Below are positions 19,503 through 28,876 of a stretch of 59,782 nucleotides of DNA, one piece after another. The DNA is taken from the IMG/VR virus record IMGVR_UViG_3300031999_000023, positions 1 through 59,782 of that record. One strand, given 5' to 3'. The stretch's first letter is position 1. Each line of letters starts with the position of its first letter. The position numbers and the translations under genes are program-made. The stretch comes from a virus. Its lineage: Duplodnaviria; Caudoviricetes. The notes under the pieces were generated by a model. It was not told the origin of the DNA and did not search any database. It saw nothing but the letters and a program-made list of their open reading frames with translations.

Positions 19503-20354
19503 TCAATATCCTATGGCGATCCAGTCGATGCTTCTGCTCGTTCCATTGCCCTGACTAACAACAAAGTTAGTCTTGCTTTTTGAAATTAGTACACAACTGT
19601 AAGCTGTTCCCCACGATGTCATTGAAAGGCTGGTTGTCACTCTTGTGCACGCCGTAGGAAACGGAGTGGAAAATGTAACTGTCAAGTCCGAACCTGAATA
19701 AGCATTGTTACCCTGCTTTATGATCATACCGTTAGGGAATGTAGCACTTTCGCCGCCGGTATAACTTGCGGGACTATATCCCGGGTAAGAATCGACATAA
19801 GCCTTAATACTCTGCTGAGAAGCAAGTTTGGTAGCAGAATTGGAAGCCATATCGTCTTCGTCAAGGAAGGCCGTACCGGATACCCCGGTATTGATTACAG
19901 GGCTTGTAAGGGTAGGTGTAGTCAGGGTAGGCGTGACTATCGTCGTAGAGGTCAGTAAACCGATATTGAAAACTCCGCCGGAAGTCAGTTGCACTTCGTC
20001 CCCATCTTCATCTTCCCAGTGAAGCTCGGTCTTGGCACTAACATCTTTGGCGTATAGCCAACTTTTGTTCGCAGCTGAAGTCGGCTTGGTAATAGGCCCG
20101 TAGAATTCAATTTGTCTATGTTGTCCGGTCGCGGCGTCACTGACCTGCGTTCCTGTAAGGGCAAAATAATGCTCAACATTTAGTCTTTCCTGCCAACCGT
20201 ATTTGTCATTTCTTGCGTAGTCATCGAGTACTGACGGAGCCATCGTGCCTACAGGGTTGGCGCAGTCTAATGTGTACGTAAAACCATACAGATACAAACA
20301 AGTCAGAACCAGTAGCCAAATACTCAATAACGCAATTAACTTATTATTTTTCAC
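19503..20354 (-). CDS. Fibre-like protein with signal peptide and gp53-like C-terminal domain
   Basis: N-terminus MKNNKLIALLSIWLLVLTCLYLYG; DEDDMASNSATKLASQQSIKAYVD; C-terminus FPNGMIIKQG...FSTPFPTAC...WIAIGY. Confidence 0.7.
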   Translation of the reverse strand: MKNNKLIALLSIWLLVLTCLYLYGFTYTLDCANPVGTMAPSVLDDYARNDKYGWQERLNVEHYFALTGTQVSDAATGQHRQIEFYGPITKPTSAANKSWLYAKDVSAKTELHWEDEDGDEVQLTSGGVFNIGLLTSTTIVTPTLTTPTLTSPVINTGVSGTAFLDEDDMASNSATKLASQQSIKAYVDSYPGYSPASYTGGESATFPNGMIIKQGNNAYSGSDLTVTFSTPFPTACTRVTTSLSMTSWGTAYSCVLISKSKTNFVVSQGNGTSRSIDWIAIGY

Positions 20355-20628
20355 TTTCAGTCTCCTTGATTTTCATAAGAGGTTTCCTGGCAACGGCCCT
20401 GCCATAGGCCGCATAGGCAAGTCCTGTAAATTCCAGAAAATGTGTGATTGATTCAAATGGACTCGCCTGCCCCTGCGGTACTTGTTCCCAGGAGGGTCCC
20501 AAGTCATCAATCGTCTGGGCAACTTCCTGTGGTGCGATAACAAATAATTGCATAGTAATGCCAATCAGGACAATGAGAATCCCTCGAATCGTTTTGGATT
20601 TAAGCGCGCTAATAATATCAAGTTTCAT
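20344..20628 (-). CDS. Holin-like membrane protein
   Basis: LKSKTI then a TM helix; C-terminal AAYGRAVARKPL, a pattern seen in phage holins. Confidence 0.55.
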   Translation of the reverse strand: MKLDIISALKSKTIRGILIVLIGITMQLFVIAPQEVAQTIDDLGPSWEQVPQGQASPFESITHFLEFTGLAYAAYGRAVARKPLMKIKETESEK

Positions 20629-20632
20629 AATC

Positions 20633-21226
20633 TTAATGTCCTCCAGCAAATCGGGGCTGGCCGGGGTTCGCTAAAATTAACGTCTGTATCTGCGCCCTAT
20701 AAGGCCCTTCCCATATTGCTATGTACCGCGACAGGCCCTTCTTTAAGGCCGTGTAGTACGTGGCCCCGAAGTTGAAGCAGTTCGTCAAATCGTCGCCGAA
20801 TTCAATATCATCCGGATCGAGGTCGTGCTTCTTGTAGTAGTCCAAAGTAATCGTATAAGCCTGGTCCGCCGTCGGGTACACGTATATCTTGCCGTTGAAC
20901 CTTGCGTAATACAGGGGCGTGGATTCGTCGCCGGAAGAATAGCCATCCATCGCTTCCTTATAACCTTTATAGCCGCCCGGCATTGGCAGTAACGGCTCAA
21001 GGTCGTCACTGCCGTCGTTTAGAACTATGGAAATCGGGTCTTTGAAATCCGAGGGCTGGTCAAAAGACGTACTGCCGTCGCTGAGAGTCAGGCTCGTACT
21101 CTGGGCTTCGAGTATGCTCAAAAACCGCAAATCGTTGATGACGGATTTTATCTGTTCGTCAATATCCGTTTCCGTTCTTGACAACTGGCCATTAACAAAA
21201 ATCAGGATGTCACTTTTCTCAATCAT
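20633..21226 (-). CDS. Head-tail adaptor protein
   Basis: PSDFKD...PLYYARFNGKIYVYPTADQAYTITLDYY pattern; position after the capsid module. Confidence 0.7.
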   Translation of the reverse strand: MIEKSDILIFVNGQLSRTETDIDEQIKSVINDLRFLSILEAQSTSLTLSDGSTSFDQPSDFKDPISIVLNDGSDDLEPLLPMPGGYKGYKEAMDGYSSGDESTPLYYARFNGKIYVYPTADQAYTITLDYYKKHDLDPDDIEFGDDLTNCFNFGATYYTALKKGLSRYIAIWEGPYRAQIQTLILANPGQPRFAGGH

Positions 21227-21354
21227 ATTCTTTTTTTGCTTCTATACTGGAGATTGCCATTTTACCCTTCACGCAAAACCGGGAGGGGCGGTATGTTGCC
21301 CCTTAGCCCGGTTAATGAGGAAAGCCATTGCGTACGCAAGGTTCCCTGTCTTGT

Positions 21355-21684
21355 TTATTTCATATCTTTCGGTAATTGGTCTAACGGGACAAACTCGCCT
21401 TCGACGCCGAGTTCCGGCACGGCTACCTTTTGCTTTGCCGGCTGGGCCGGTGGAGTATTGGCCGCCCGTATCTTTGCAACTTCAACCTTCAATAACAGGA
21501 TGTCTCGCATCAACAGCGTTTCTTCCTGGACGATCTTCATCGTCCTTATGCGTTCGAGCGTATCCGTTTCGGCTTTCTTCGCCTGTGCCTTGGCCGCCTT
21601 CTGCGGGTCGGTCGGCGTCATTGTCACCGTACAACCCGTTACTGCCACGAGCAGTATCAACATTGCAATGGTCTTCCTGATCAT
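21355..21684 (-). CDS. Lipoprotein (possibly spanin-like)
   Basis: MIRKTIAMLILLVAVTG-C lipobox; RBS AGGAG; coiled-coil body. Confidence 0.65.
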   Translation of the reverse strand: MIRKTIAMLILLVAVTGCTVTMTPTDPQKAAKAQAKKAETDTLERIRTMKIVQEETLLMRDILLLKVEVAKIRAANTPPAQPAKQKVAVPELGVEGEFVPLDQLPKDMK

Positions 21685-21706
21685 TTTTGTACTCCTGAAA
21701 AAAGTT

Positions 21707-21732
21707 AAAATGGGGCCGGAACGCCCGGCCCC
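21707..21732 (-). terminator. Intrinsic terminator-like hairpin
   Basis: GGGGCCGG-gcgtt-CCGGCCCC followed by ATTTTAACTTTTTT on the minus strand. Confidence 0.6.
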
Positions 21733-21740
21733 CTTACAAT

Positions 21741-21968
21741 TTACTCCGTTGTTACACCCGCCGCGCAAGAGCAGTCCTTAAACACTATGGGTGTCCCGGT
21801 AATCGGGTATCCAAAGTCATTGAAATAATTCATGGATATGTGCTTATTGCACTTACCGAATCCAGACCATATATTGTCGTGCTTCAACTTCTCGAAAAAG
21901 TCACAGTCCTTGCACTCGCCGGAATACGGCGGGTCGTAAATCAGATGTCCATTGTCGTCAAACGGCAT
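21741..21968 (-). CDS. Small Cys-rich hypothetical protein
   Basis: CKDCDFF...GKCNKH...DCSC; RBS AGGAG. Confidence 0.55.
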   Translation of the reverse strand: MPFDDNGHLIYDPPYSGECKDCDFFEKLKHDNIWSGFGKCNKHISMNYFNDFGYPITGTPIVFKDCSCAAGVTTE

Positions 21969-21976
21969 ATAAACTC

Positions 21977-24388
21977 CTATGAACCTGCACTACTGTAAAC
22001 ATAGATGTACATGGGGTCTGTTTTACCGAGAATTTGAATCTTCAAAGCTCCCAGTTTCGAAGTAGAAGCTGAAGTATGGGTAGCATTCTCCGTATAAACA
22101 GCCGCCGCTGCATTGCCAAACGTGAACAGGTAATCAGGGGTATCGCCGGTAGCAGCACAGTTGAAGTGAATCATGGAAGAAAGTTCCGGGGCATCACCTG
22201 AATTGACCTGGTATTCAAGGTTCAATATGCGAATCTTGGAAGCCGTTAGAGTCGGTCCACCATCAGTATAAAGGCCAAAGTCAGCAGCCGCAATTAGAGA
22301 ATCCGGTCCATCCGTCATTATACCGCCGGTGATATTGAGCCATGAGCCCATTCCGTAAACTTTACTATCGGTCGCTCCGGAAATATTACCTTCGACATAA
22401 AGGCCGACACCCTCGGACGCCGTTGCCCCTGCTATACTGCCCGATACTTTAAGGGCGTACAGGCCGTCGGGAACGGCGGAAGATGTAATCGTAGTCCCGC
22501 CTACATCCGAAAGAATATCGATTGCCGTCTGGCCCGTACCCTGGTTGGCGTGGATGTGGACGGTCTCGGACGTTCCACCATTGGCCTCAATATCGATACC
22601 GGCAGCAGCCGTATCCGTCGATATGAGTGTGAACTTATCCGCTACCGTTAGCGTCATATCGCCATTAGTCGCACCGGCTGTCGTTAAGGCTATTGGTCCG
22701 TCTGTGGTGTCGACATCGAATCCACCATTCGTGCCGGTAACGTCGATATTGACTGCATCGGTAACCGCCTCGGTTGCTATAAGCCCGATTGAACCGCCGG
22801 TATTGGTAACGATAAAATCTTCGCCTGCCGCACCCGTGATATCGAAAGTCACATCGTCACCACTGACAAACGACATTACGCTTTCCGAATCAATCGTAAT
22901 ATCGCCATTAGCCGCACCGTCGGCGAGAACTGAAATCCCGCCGTTGGTGGTTTCAAGCTGAATGGCTACACCCGCAACCGTACCGACTGCATCGACCTTG
23001 AACTGGTTGGCCTCGGCGTCGTTGGTCGTAAGGGAAACGTTTCCCAGACTGCCAATGAGGGTATCATCCGCTGTGGCCCATTTGAGATATTCGGAGGATG
23101 TATCTCCGTAGAACGTCCAATCCAGGCCCGCACTATCGACACCAACGACCACGCTTCCGGTTCCGGCAACTACTTGACCGATGGTGAATACATTGGTCGC
23201 AACAGACATGGTAATATCGCCCGTACCCAGCGCATCGCCGAACTGAATCTGGTCGCCTTCGCCGATACACAGGGATATGCCGTCAACCTGGATGTCATCT
23301 GCGGTGAAGAATACTTCCGCACCCGTAGTTTCGCCATACCATGTCAGGGGAACGTCGTCAGCGTCATTACCTATCGCCATAGCTCCCGTGCCGGGCACGA
23401 CGACATCAATCAGGAGAACGTCGCTTTCATCGGACATTTTGAAATCGCCCGTGCCCAGCGTGTCGCCGAAGAGAATGGCGTCGCCGTCGCCCAAAGCGAT
23501 CTCGGCACCCGACGCCGCACCTTCAACCTGAAGCTGATCGCCGGTCATCTTGATGTAGTTGCCCGTCGTCTCGCCGTACCAGGTGAAAGGCACATCATCG
23601 GCGTCATTGCCGATAGCGATTTCGCCGGTTCCCGCTACCACAACGTCAAAAGTAAGAACGTCCGTCTCATCGCTGATCTTGAAGTCCCCGGTCCCCAGGG
23701 TATCGCCAAACAAAAGGTGGTCTCCGTCGCCCAGCGCCACACTGCCGTCGTCAACGAGAATCGAGGCGCCAACGGCCTCAAGTTGCTCATCACTGGCGTC
23801 CCAAAGGATGTAATCCCCTGTGGTGGCCGCGAAAAATTCAACGTCCATACCCTGGGTGTCCAGACCAAACCACCAGATCGGGGTCTCGTCGGTAGCGGCG
23901 GGTGTTACTGTAAAACGGTTTCCCACAGCACCGCCCACCAAGACGAAATCCGAGTCCGAGCCGAACGTCGCCGACTGGGCATCGGTATAGGCCGTCGAAC
24001 TGACCGCCGAGAGAAACGTCGGCAAGACAATACGGCCATCCGACGCCGTAGACGAGGCATGACCATAATTGGTCATGGTATTCGTGCCGTCACCGATGGT
24101 GTAATCCCAGGCGTCCGCCCCCCACCAGTAGAAAGTCCCACTGGACAACGTGGTATTCGTCGAGGATGTAGTCATCGGCTGGGTAATAGCATTAAGCTTG
24201 GCACGGTCCTTATAGATCGTGGCAGCACTGGTTGTCCCGGACAACCTTATCGTAACGGTGCTTATGTTCGTTACCGGCCTGCCGTGCTCATCGACGACCT
24301 GTACTTCATGGTAGACTAAGCCGGTCTGGGCATAGGCCGCAACTCCCATTGCCAGGAGTGCAATCGTTGTAAATAGTAACTTCTTCAT
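21977..24388 (-). CDS. Exported beta-repeat protein after the MCP (head decoration/fibre candidate)
   Basis: Classic signal peptide MKKLLFTTIALLAMGVAAYA; three GDGD..FGDTLGTGD..WYGETTG repeats. Confidence 0.7.
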   Translation of the reverse strand: MKKLLFTTIALLAMGVAAYAQTGLVYHEVQVVDEHGRPVTNISTVTIRLSGTTSAATIYKDRAKLNAITQPMTTSSTNTTLSSGTFYWWGADAWDYTIGDGTNTMTNYGHASSTASDGRIVLPTFLSAVSSTAYTDAQSATFGSDSDFVLVGGAVGNRFTVTPAATDETPIWWFGLDTQGMDVEFFAATTGDYILWDASDEQLEAVGASILVDDGSVALGDGDHLLFGDTLGTGDFKISDETDVLTFDVVVAGTGEIAIGNDADDVPFTWYGETTGNYIKMTGDQLQVEGAASGAEIALGDGDAILFGDTLGTGDFKMSDESDVLLIDVVVPGTGAMAIGNDADDVPLTWYGETTGAEVFFTADDIQVDGISLCIGEGDQIQFGDALGTGDITMSVATNVFTIGQVVAGTGSVVVGVDSAGLDWTFYGDTSSEYLKWATADDTLIGSLGNVSLTTNDAEANQFKVDAVGTVAGVAIQLETTNGGISVLADGAANGDITIDSESVMSFVSGDDVTFDITGAAGEDFIVTNTGGSIGLIATEAVTDAVNIDVTGTNGGFDVDTTDGPIALTTAGATNGDMTLTVADKFTLISTDTAAAGIDIEANGGTSETVHIHANQGTGQTAIDILSDVGGTTITSSAVPDGLYALKVSGSIAGATASEGVGLYVEGNISGATDSKVYGMGSWLNITGGIMTDGPDSLIAAADFGLYTDGGPTLTASKIRILNLEYQVNSGDAPELSSMIHFNCAATGDTPDYLFTFGNAAAAVYTENATHTSASTSKLGALKIQILGKTDPMYIYVYSSAGS

Positions 24389-24455
24389 TGTGCTAATCCT
24401 TAAATAAGATTTACGTTTCTTTGAAATTCACGAAATACAGAGAGAAACCCGCTTT

Positions 24456-25673
24456 TTAGTCTGTGATCACCTCCGTATCGAAGCAGTAGATGGCCTCATC
24501 CTGCCCTGCCGTGGTGCCGCCGTGCGCGTTGAATATCATGCGCTTGACTCCGTAGAGCATATCGGTCTTGACTATCGGCTTGTTGACATCGTAGTAATCC
24601 TCGTACCAGCCGGGGAACTGAGCCCAGCCAAAGGCAAGGGCATTAGCACCTAACAGCATACCCCTCGCCACGCTCCTGCCGGTCGCACAGGCGTCGTTAG
24701 TTGCCGTCCTGCCTGCATTGAGCAGGAATCCCTCGGCCAGCGTAGTGCCGCCTGCTCCGGTCCTGACCGGAACCCTGTCGTACTCCCAGCAGATCATGCC
24801 GTCCCACATGAACGCGGCCCCGCTGAATATGGGATTGATATTGCCGCGCTCCTGGGCCGCGGCACACATGGCCTTCCAGCCTATAGTCCCGCTTTCGGCC
24901 TTAATCGCCTTGATTTGCAGGGGATGCAGGAATACGAAGAAGAATCTTCCGGCCTGTGGAAGCCCCTGCCCGGATCGTATGTCATTTGGCGTGGCCTTGG
25001 ACAGGTCTTTAATCCGCCCGCCTGCGAATCTCGGCTGAGCGGCTATTGCCTTGCGCTTGATAAGCTCAAGCAATAATGTGCCGCAGAGATTGTTGGCCTG
25101 TGTCCCGGCGGTAAGCAGAGCATCGGTACCGTAAGTAACTCCCGAATTACCGAGTGTGCCAGCTGCGCTTTGGCCTCCGTAATATATCCTTGAACTTGTA
25201 GGATAGGATTCGTTGATTGTTTGAATGTCCCCGGACGATGAATTCTCGTTGTAAAGACCGGCACACGAAGTCACAAGATCGTTCTCGATGGCCTCTGTAA
25301 TCCAGTCGCCTAATTCGAGCTTGGAATCTTCGCGGAACTTCGAATCCGTAAGCTGCTCTGAAAGCTTGCCGGCGGATTGAGTACGGGTCGCACGCTCGTG
25401 CACGAGCAGGGACATATTGCGTCTCTTGATCTGCTGTGCATTATTTGTCGTGTCGCCATCGTCTCCTTCGCCTGCACCTGTAAGGCGCTCGCGGGCCTTG
25501 AAAACAATTGTTCCACCCGACTTTTTCGTCAGGTCTTTATCAACGTGAATAAAATCGTTCGACGTTTGACCCATCAGCGGGCTGAGCATGATGTTCGGCA
25601 TACAGTAGTCGAACAGATTCTTAGACCATATGGTCTGCGCGCGTGGATCTGTGAAAGCATAAGATGTATCCAT
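24456..25673 (-). CDS. Major capsid protein (N4-gp56/DUF4043-like)
   Basis: WSKNLF...DLTKKSGGTIVF...HPLQIKAIK...NPIFSGA...LLGANALAFGW; follows the scaffold gene. Confidence 0.85.
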   Translation of the reverse strand: MDTSYAFTDPRAQTIWSKNLFDYCMPNIMLSPLMGQTSNDFIHVDKDLTKKSGGTIVFKARERLTGAGEGDDGDTTNNAQQIKRRNMSLLVHERATRTQSAGKLSEQLTDSKFREDSKLELGDWITEAIENDLVTSCAGLYNENSSSGDIQTINESYPTSSRIYYGGQSAAGTLGNSGVTYGTDALLTAGTQANNLCGTLLLELIKRKAIAAQPRFAGGRIKDLSKATPNDIRSGQGLPQAGRFFFVFLHPLQIKAIKAESGTIGWKAMCAAAQERGNINPIFSGAAFMWDGMICWEYDRVPVRTGAGGTTLAEGFLLNAGRTATNDACATGRSVARGMLLGANALAFGWAQFPGWYEDYYDVNKPIVKTDMLYGVKRMIFNAHGGTTAGQDEAIYCFDTEVITD

Positions 25674-25732
25674 TTTTTAAGGTCCTTTCGTTAATGGCCC
25701 CGCGTCACTTGCCGCGGGACCCCGGACGGACC

Positions 25733-26593
25733 TTATTCATCGACTCCGAACGCCGCATAAACATGAGCAAGCGTCGGATTCTTTCCCAGTTCTGGATTTG
25801 CAGGCGGAGCGGGAGTCTTTTCCTGCTTTTGTCCTGCCCTTAGTTCTGATCCGTCCGTACTTTGTTTCGATTGTTGTTTTTGGACGGATGCCTTGGCTGG
25901 CACTTTTGCCTTGAGTTCGGCCCGGAGCTGTTTGGCCCTATCACCCCCGGCTTCGAGAGTCTTGTAAATGCAGCGTTTATACAGGAATTCCGCACCATCC
26001 TTGCCTTCCTCAATGGCCCTTCTGAGATCAACCTGGTCGCCTTCCGTAAGAACGTCCTGGGCATTGGAAAGAATCTTGTCGAAATCACTGTACTTCCTGC
26101 GAGCCTCGACGGAAGAAATTTTCGCCCTGTTGTTAATGGTCGATTCTTCCTGTCTTTTACGGTCCTTCTCCGCCTGCTCTTTCTCAAATTTCCTCTGGGC
26201 CATTTGAACTTTTGCAGGAAAGGGTGTCGTATCCGGGTCGAAAATTTCCTTATTCTCTTCGACGTACTTTTCTTCCGGCGACTTCTCGGGCGGCAGGACC
26301 GGCCTTTCGGCCTCCATGCGTTCCGCCGTCTTCTTGTCGAGTTCGCGCAGCAAATGCCTTCTTGCCGTTATTGAATTCAGCAACTGGTCATTCACGCTTT
26401 TGAGAGACTCTATCTCCGGCGATTCCCCGGCCGGCTCATCCGTAGCCGCAAGAGCTTCGGCCGCAAGTTTGGCCTCGTCACTCATCATATTATCATCAGT
26501 GACTGCCGCCTGTTCCTGCTGCTCGCTACTAACCTTCTCTTCTGTCGCGGCCACCGGACTCTCAGTTTGTTGTGTCTCTACCGTAGCATCCAT
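25733..26593 (-). CDS. Capsid scaffolding protein
   Basis: Acidic, helical, low-complexity protein immediately upstream of the MCP. Confidence 0.7.
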   Translation of the reverse strand: MDATVETQQTESPVAATEEKVSSEQQEQAAVTDDNMMSDEAKLAAEALAATDEPAGESPEIESLKSVNDQLLNSITARRHLLRELDKKTAERMEAERPVLPPEKSPEEKYVEENKEIFDPDTTPFPAKVQMAQRKFEKEQAEKDRKRQEESTINNRAKISSVEARRKYSDFDKILSNAQDVLTEGDQVDLRRAIEEGKDGAEFLYKRCIYKTLEAGGDRAKQLRAELKAKVPAKASVQKQQSKQSTDGSELRAGQKQEKTPAPPANPELGKNPTLAHVYAAFGVDE

Positions 26594-26742
26594 AACTATA
26601 AACCTCACTTTCCTGTTAACCGGCCAGGAACGCCGAACTCGCGAATCCCCGCGATAAGGTCTTGGTCTTTAACTGTCTCCAAGATGACAGAACGCCTGAA
26701 CCGTCAGGCTGGCAGAACTCGGTTTGCCGCCCACCGATAGGG

Positions 26743-26919
26743 CTAAGTTGTCTTTAACGCCTTTTGGCTGTCCGCTATTTCTGTTTTTAGTTGCTCGCGT
26801 GCAGCCTTTAATAGCGGTTTATCTCTCAGGAGTTTTGCATAGCTTCGGAGTGTTGATGCAGCCGACTCTATAGCCCATCGTTTCTCGTCTCCTTTTAGTT
26901 TTCCGAACTCTTTATCCAT
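26743..26919 (-). CDS. 58-aa hypothetical protein (below the ORF-track cutoff)
   Basis: GGAG RBS then MDKEFGKLKGDEKRWAIESAASTLRSYAKLLRDKPLLKAAREQLKTEIADSQKALKTT. Confidence 0.6.
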   Translation of the reverse strand: MDKEFGKLKGDEKRWAIESAASTLRSYAKLLRDKPLLKAAREQLKTEIADSQKALKTT

Positions 26920-26931
26920 TTTTTCTCCAAT

Positions 26932-26974
26932 AAAAAAACCCTTGCCAATCCCGATTTAAGGGACTAACAAGGGT
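26932..26974 (-). terminator. Hairpin plus U-tract
   Basis: ACCCTTGTTAGTCCC-ttaaatc-GGGATTGGCAAGGGT followed by TTTTTT; the G-U pairs favour the minus strand. Confidence 0.6.
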
Positions 26975-27156
26975 ATAATTACATTGCCCACGTATTCAGT
27001 TTTTTACTTCAAAGAGCGTTTTTACGATTGTCTCTAATTGTTGACGGCAAGGATTAACATAGCTACTTCCCCCTGCCTATGGGGGCTTCGACGGTTCTAT
27101 ACGCCTGGCAATTTCACTAAATGCCTTGTCGTCAACGGTACGTATTCAGTTTTTAA

Positions 27157-27230
27157 TAGCGGGGGCCGGATTTGAACCGGCGACCTCCGGCTTATGAGGC
27201 CGAATTTCTACCAGACTGAATTACCCCGCG
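27157..27230 (-). tRNA. tRNA-Met(CAT), initiator-like, no encoded CCA
   Basis: CGCGGGG acceptor with 1:72 mismatch, anticodon loop CTCATAA, T-arm GCCGG-TTCAAAT-CCGGC. Confidence 0.88.
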
Positions 27231-27257
27231 ATCATTTTCTCTTCGTTTCATGTAAAA

Positions 27258-27692
27258 TCAATCTCTTGGGAATGCGAAACCAATCCCATCCCATTGAACA
27301 TCCCCACCCATGAATATTGGATTTACTACGCTTACGTGCCCTCTTGGCCTGTCTTCGTCCGGGTATATAGGTGAAACCCACACGGGAATTCCCAGCAAAC
27401 CGCCAGACAATCCCGTATAGTATGGAGATTTTTTAGCCCATGATTCAAAGAGATTCCAACCTTTTTTGTTAACAAAGATGTGGCTTATTTCGTTTCCTTT
27501 TTTTCGATACATAAGAACTGTTTCTATAATATTATCTACAAAATTCAGTTCCTCTATATCCTCTATAAAATTATCTATGGAATCCGGTTTCTCTTTTTGC
27601 TGAACCGGAAACTTGCAGTCAGGTTCCTTTACCAATGCCGCCGGGGTAACCTGTACTAACCCAATCAATTTTAGAAAGCCTCTAAGTTTCAT
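27258..27692 (-). CDS. Hypothetical protein
   Basis: 144-aa AT-rich ORF in operon orientation. Confidence 0.5.
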   Translation of the reverse strand: MKLRGFLKLIGLVQVTPAALVKEPDCKFPVQQKEKPDSIDNFIEDIEELNFVDNIIETVLMYRKKGNEISHIFVNKKGWNLFESWAKKSPYYTGLSGGLLGIPVWVSPIYPDEDRPRGHVSVVNPIFMGGDVQWDGIGFAFPRD

Positions 27693-27733
27693 AAGTTTAA
27701 TTTCATATCGGCTATTCGCAGCCTATTTCTGTA

Positions 27734-27943
27734 TCACTGAATATTTACCACATTCACTTCGTTTCCATTATCCACGTCAAAATCATCCAGTTTCAACGCC
27801 GGCATGAACATATCGATAGGCACGTTATTAGCACCAAATTTTGAACTATCAAGCCTGAAGATGATTTTGCCCGTCATTGACGGGAAGGCCCGCCATATCA
27901 TCGACCTGCACCTCGACAAGACCTTTTTTTGCTCGTTTGTCAT
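27734..27943 (-). CDS. Hypothetical protein
   Basis: 69-aa ORF in operon orientation. Confidence 0.5.
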   Translation of the reverse strand: MTNEQKKVLSRCRSMIWRAFPSMTGKIIFRLDSSKFGANNVPIDMFMPALKLDDFDVDNGNEVNVVNIQ

Positions 27944-27982
27944 CCTATTTCTTTTCCATTGCCCCTTACGGGGTTTGAAGGC

Positions 27983-28327
27983 TTACGCCTTCGCCGGAAT
28001 AGCCTGGGCCACCGCCGCCGTGACAATGGCCTTCATCGCCTCGGCCCACGGGGAATTGATAATATCCCGTGCCGCGTAGTCCGTCTCATTAATGCCTATG
28101 ATGTTCTCGGCGTTCTTGCCACTCGTGGTAGCTCCCTGCTCGACACTTCGGGCTATCTGGGCATTGATAGCACCCATCGAGACAACCATGTTGGTTGCCA
28201 TCGCATCGAACAGCACCCGGTTGCGACCGGCGATATCTGCCGCATTCTCGACCAACTGCTTGAGGTTCACAATGTAAGCCTCATCCTGCCCAATGTCCTG
28301 TTTTTCTCTTGTTTCTGCCTCTGCCAT
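27983..28327 (-). CDS. Ala-rich helical hypothetical protein
   Basis: AAGGAG RBS; followed by a small hairpin. Confidence 0.65.
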   Translation of the reverse strand: MAEAETREKQDIGQDEAYIVNLKQLVENAADIAGRNRVLFDAMATNMVVSMGAINAQIARSVEQGATTSGKNAENIIGINETDYAARDIINSPWAEAMKAIVTAAVAQAIPAKA

Positions 28328-28367
28328 TTTCGTAACTCCTTTAATAATTATTAGTGTTTCATTGCCA

Positions 28368-28562
28368 TTACTCGACTACCTTCATGTACCTTCTTTTTTG
28401 ACCCGTCGAACGATTGTCACGATAAGCCTGCAACTGAATCTTACCATCATGCAACCTGAAATTTATCCTGTGAACAAGACCACAGTCACAACAGGACATC
28501 TTGTACCCCTTTCTTATGGGCTGTATCCATTGACCACTCTTCACTTTTGGGTACTTTGTCAT
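28368..28562 (-). CDS. Small Cys-containing phage protein
   Basis: WIQP...CCDCGLVH motif. Confidence 0.6.
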   Translation of the reverse strand: MTKYPKVKSGQWIQPIRKGYKMSCCDCGLVHRINFRLHDGKIQLQAYRDNRSTGQKRRYMKVVE

Positions 28563-28864
28563 TACATGCCCGCCCTGGCGCGAAGCCTGCCGAGTTCCAG
28601 CATTTCGCCCGGCGTCGGCTGGTCTATCTTCCGGCCCATGTTCGCCATTCCCTCAAGTTCCTTGAACCTTACTCTTTCATCGTCTGATAACGGCTGAAGG
28701 TTTTCCGGCTGCGGTTCGGCAGGTTCCATTGCTGGTGCCGGTTTCCTGTTGCGAGTCTCTATCCTGAGAAGATCGCAAAGATTTTCGTAGCTTTCTCTCG
28801 CGTCAAACTCCACGCCCATCGCGGTCAGTTCTTCGATAACCTTATCTCTTGATTGTCTTGACAT
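28562..28864 (-). CDS. Hypothetical protein (HeH/LEM-like N-terminus)
   Basis: AGGAG RBS; LTAMGVEFDARESYENLCDLL. Confidence 0.55.
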   Translation of the reverse strand: MSRQSRDKVIEELTAMGVEFDARESYENLCDLLRIETRNRKPAPAMEPAEPQPENLQPLSDDERVRFKELEGMANMGRKIDQPTPGEMLELGRLRARAGM

Positions 28865-28876
28865 TGTAAATATCTC

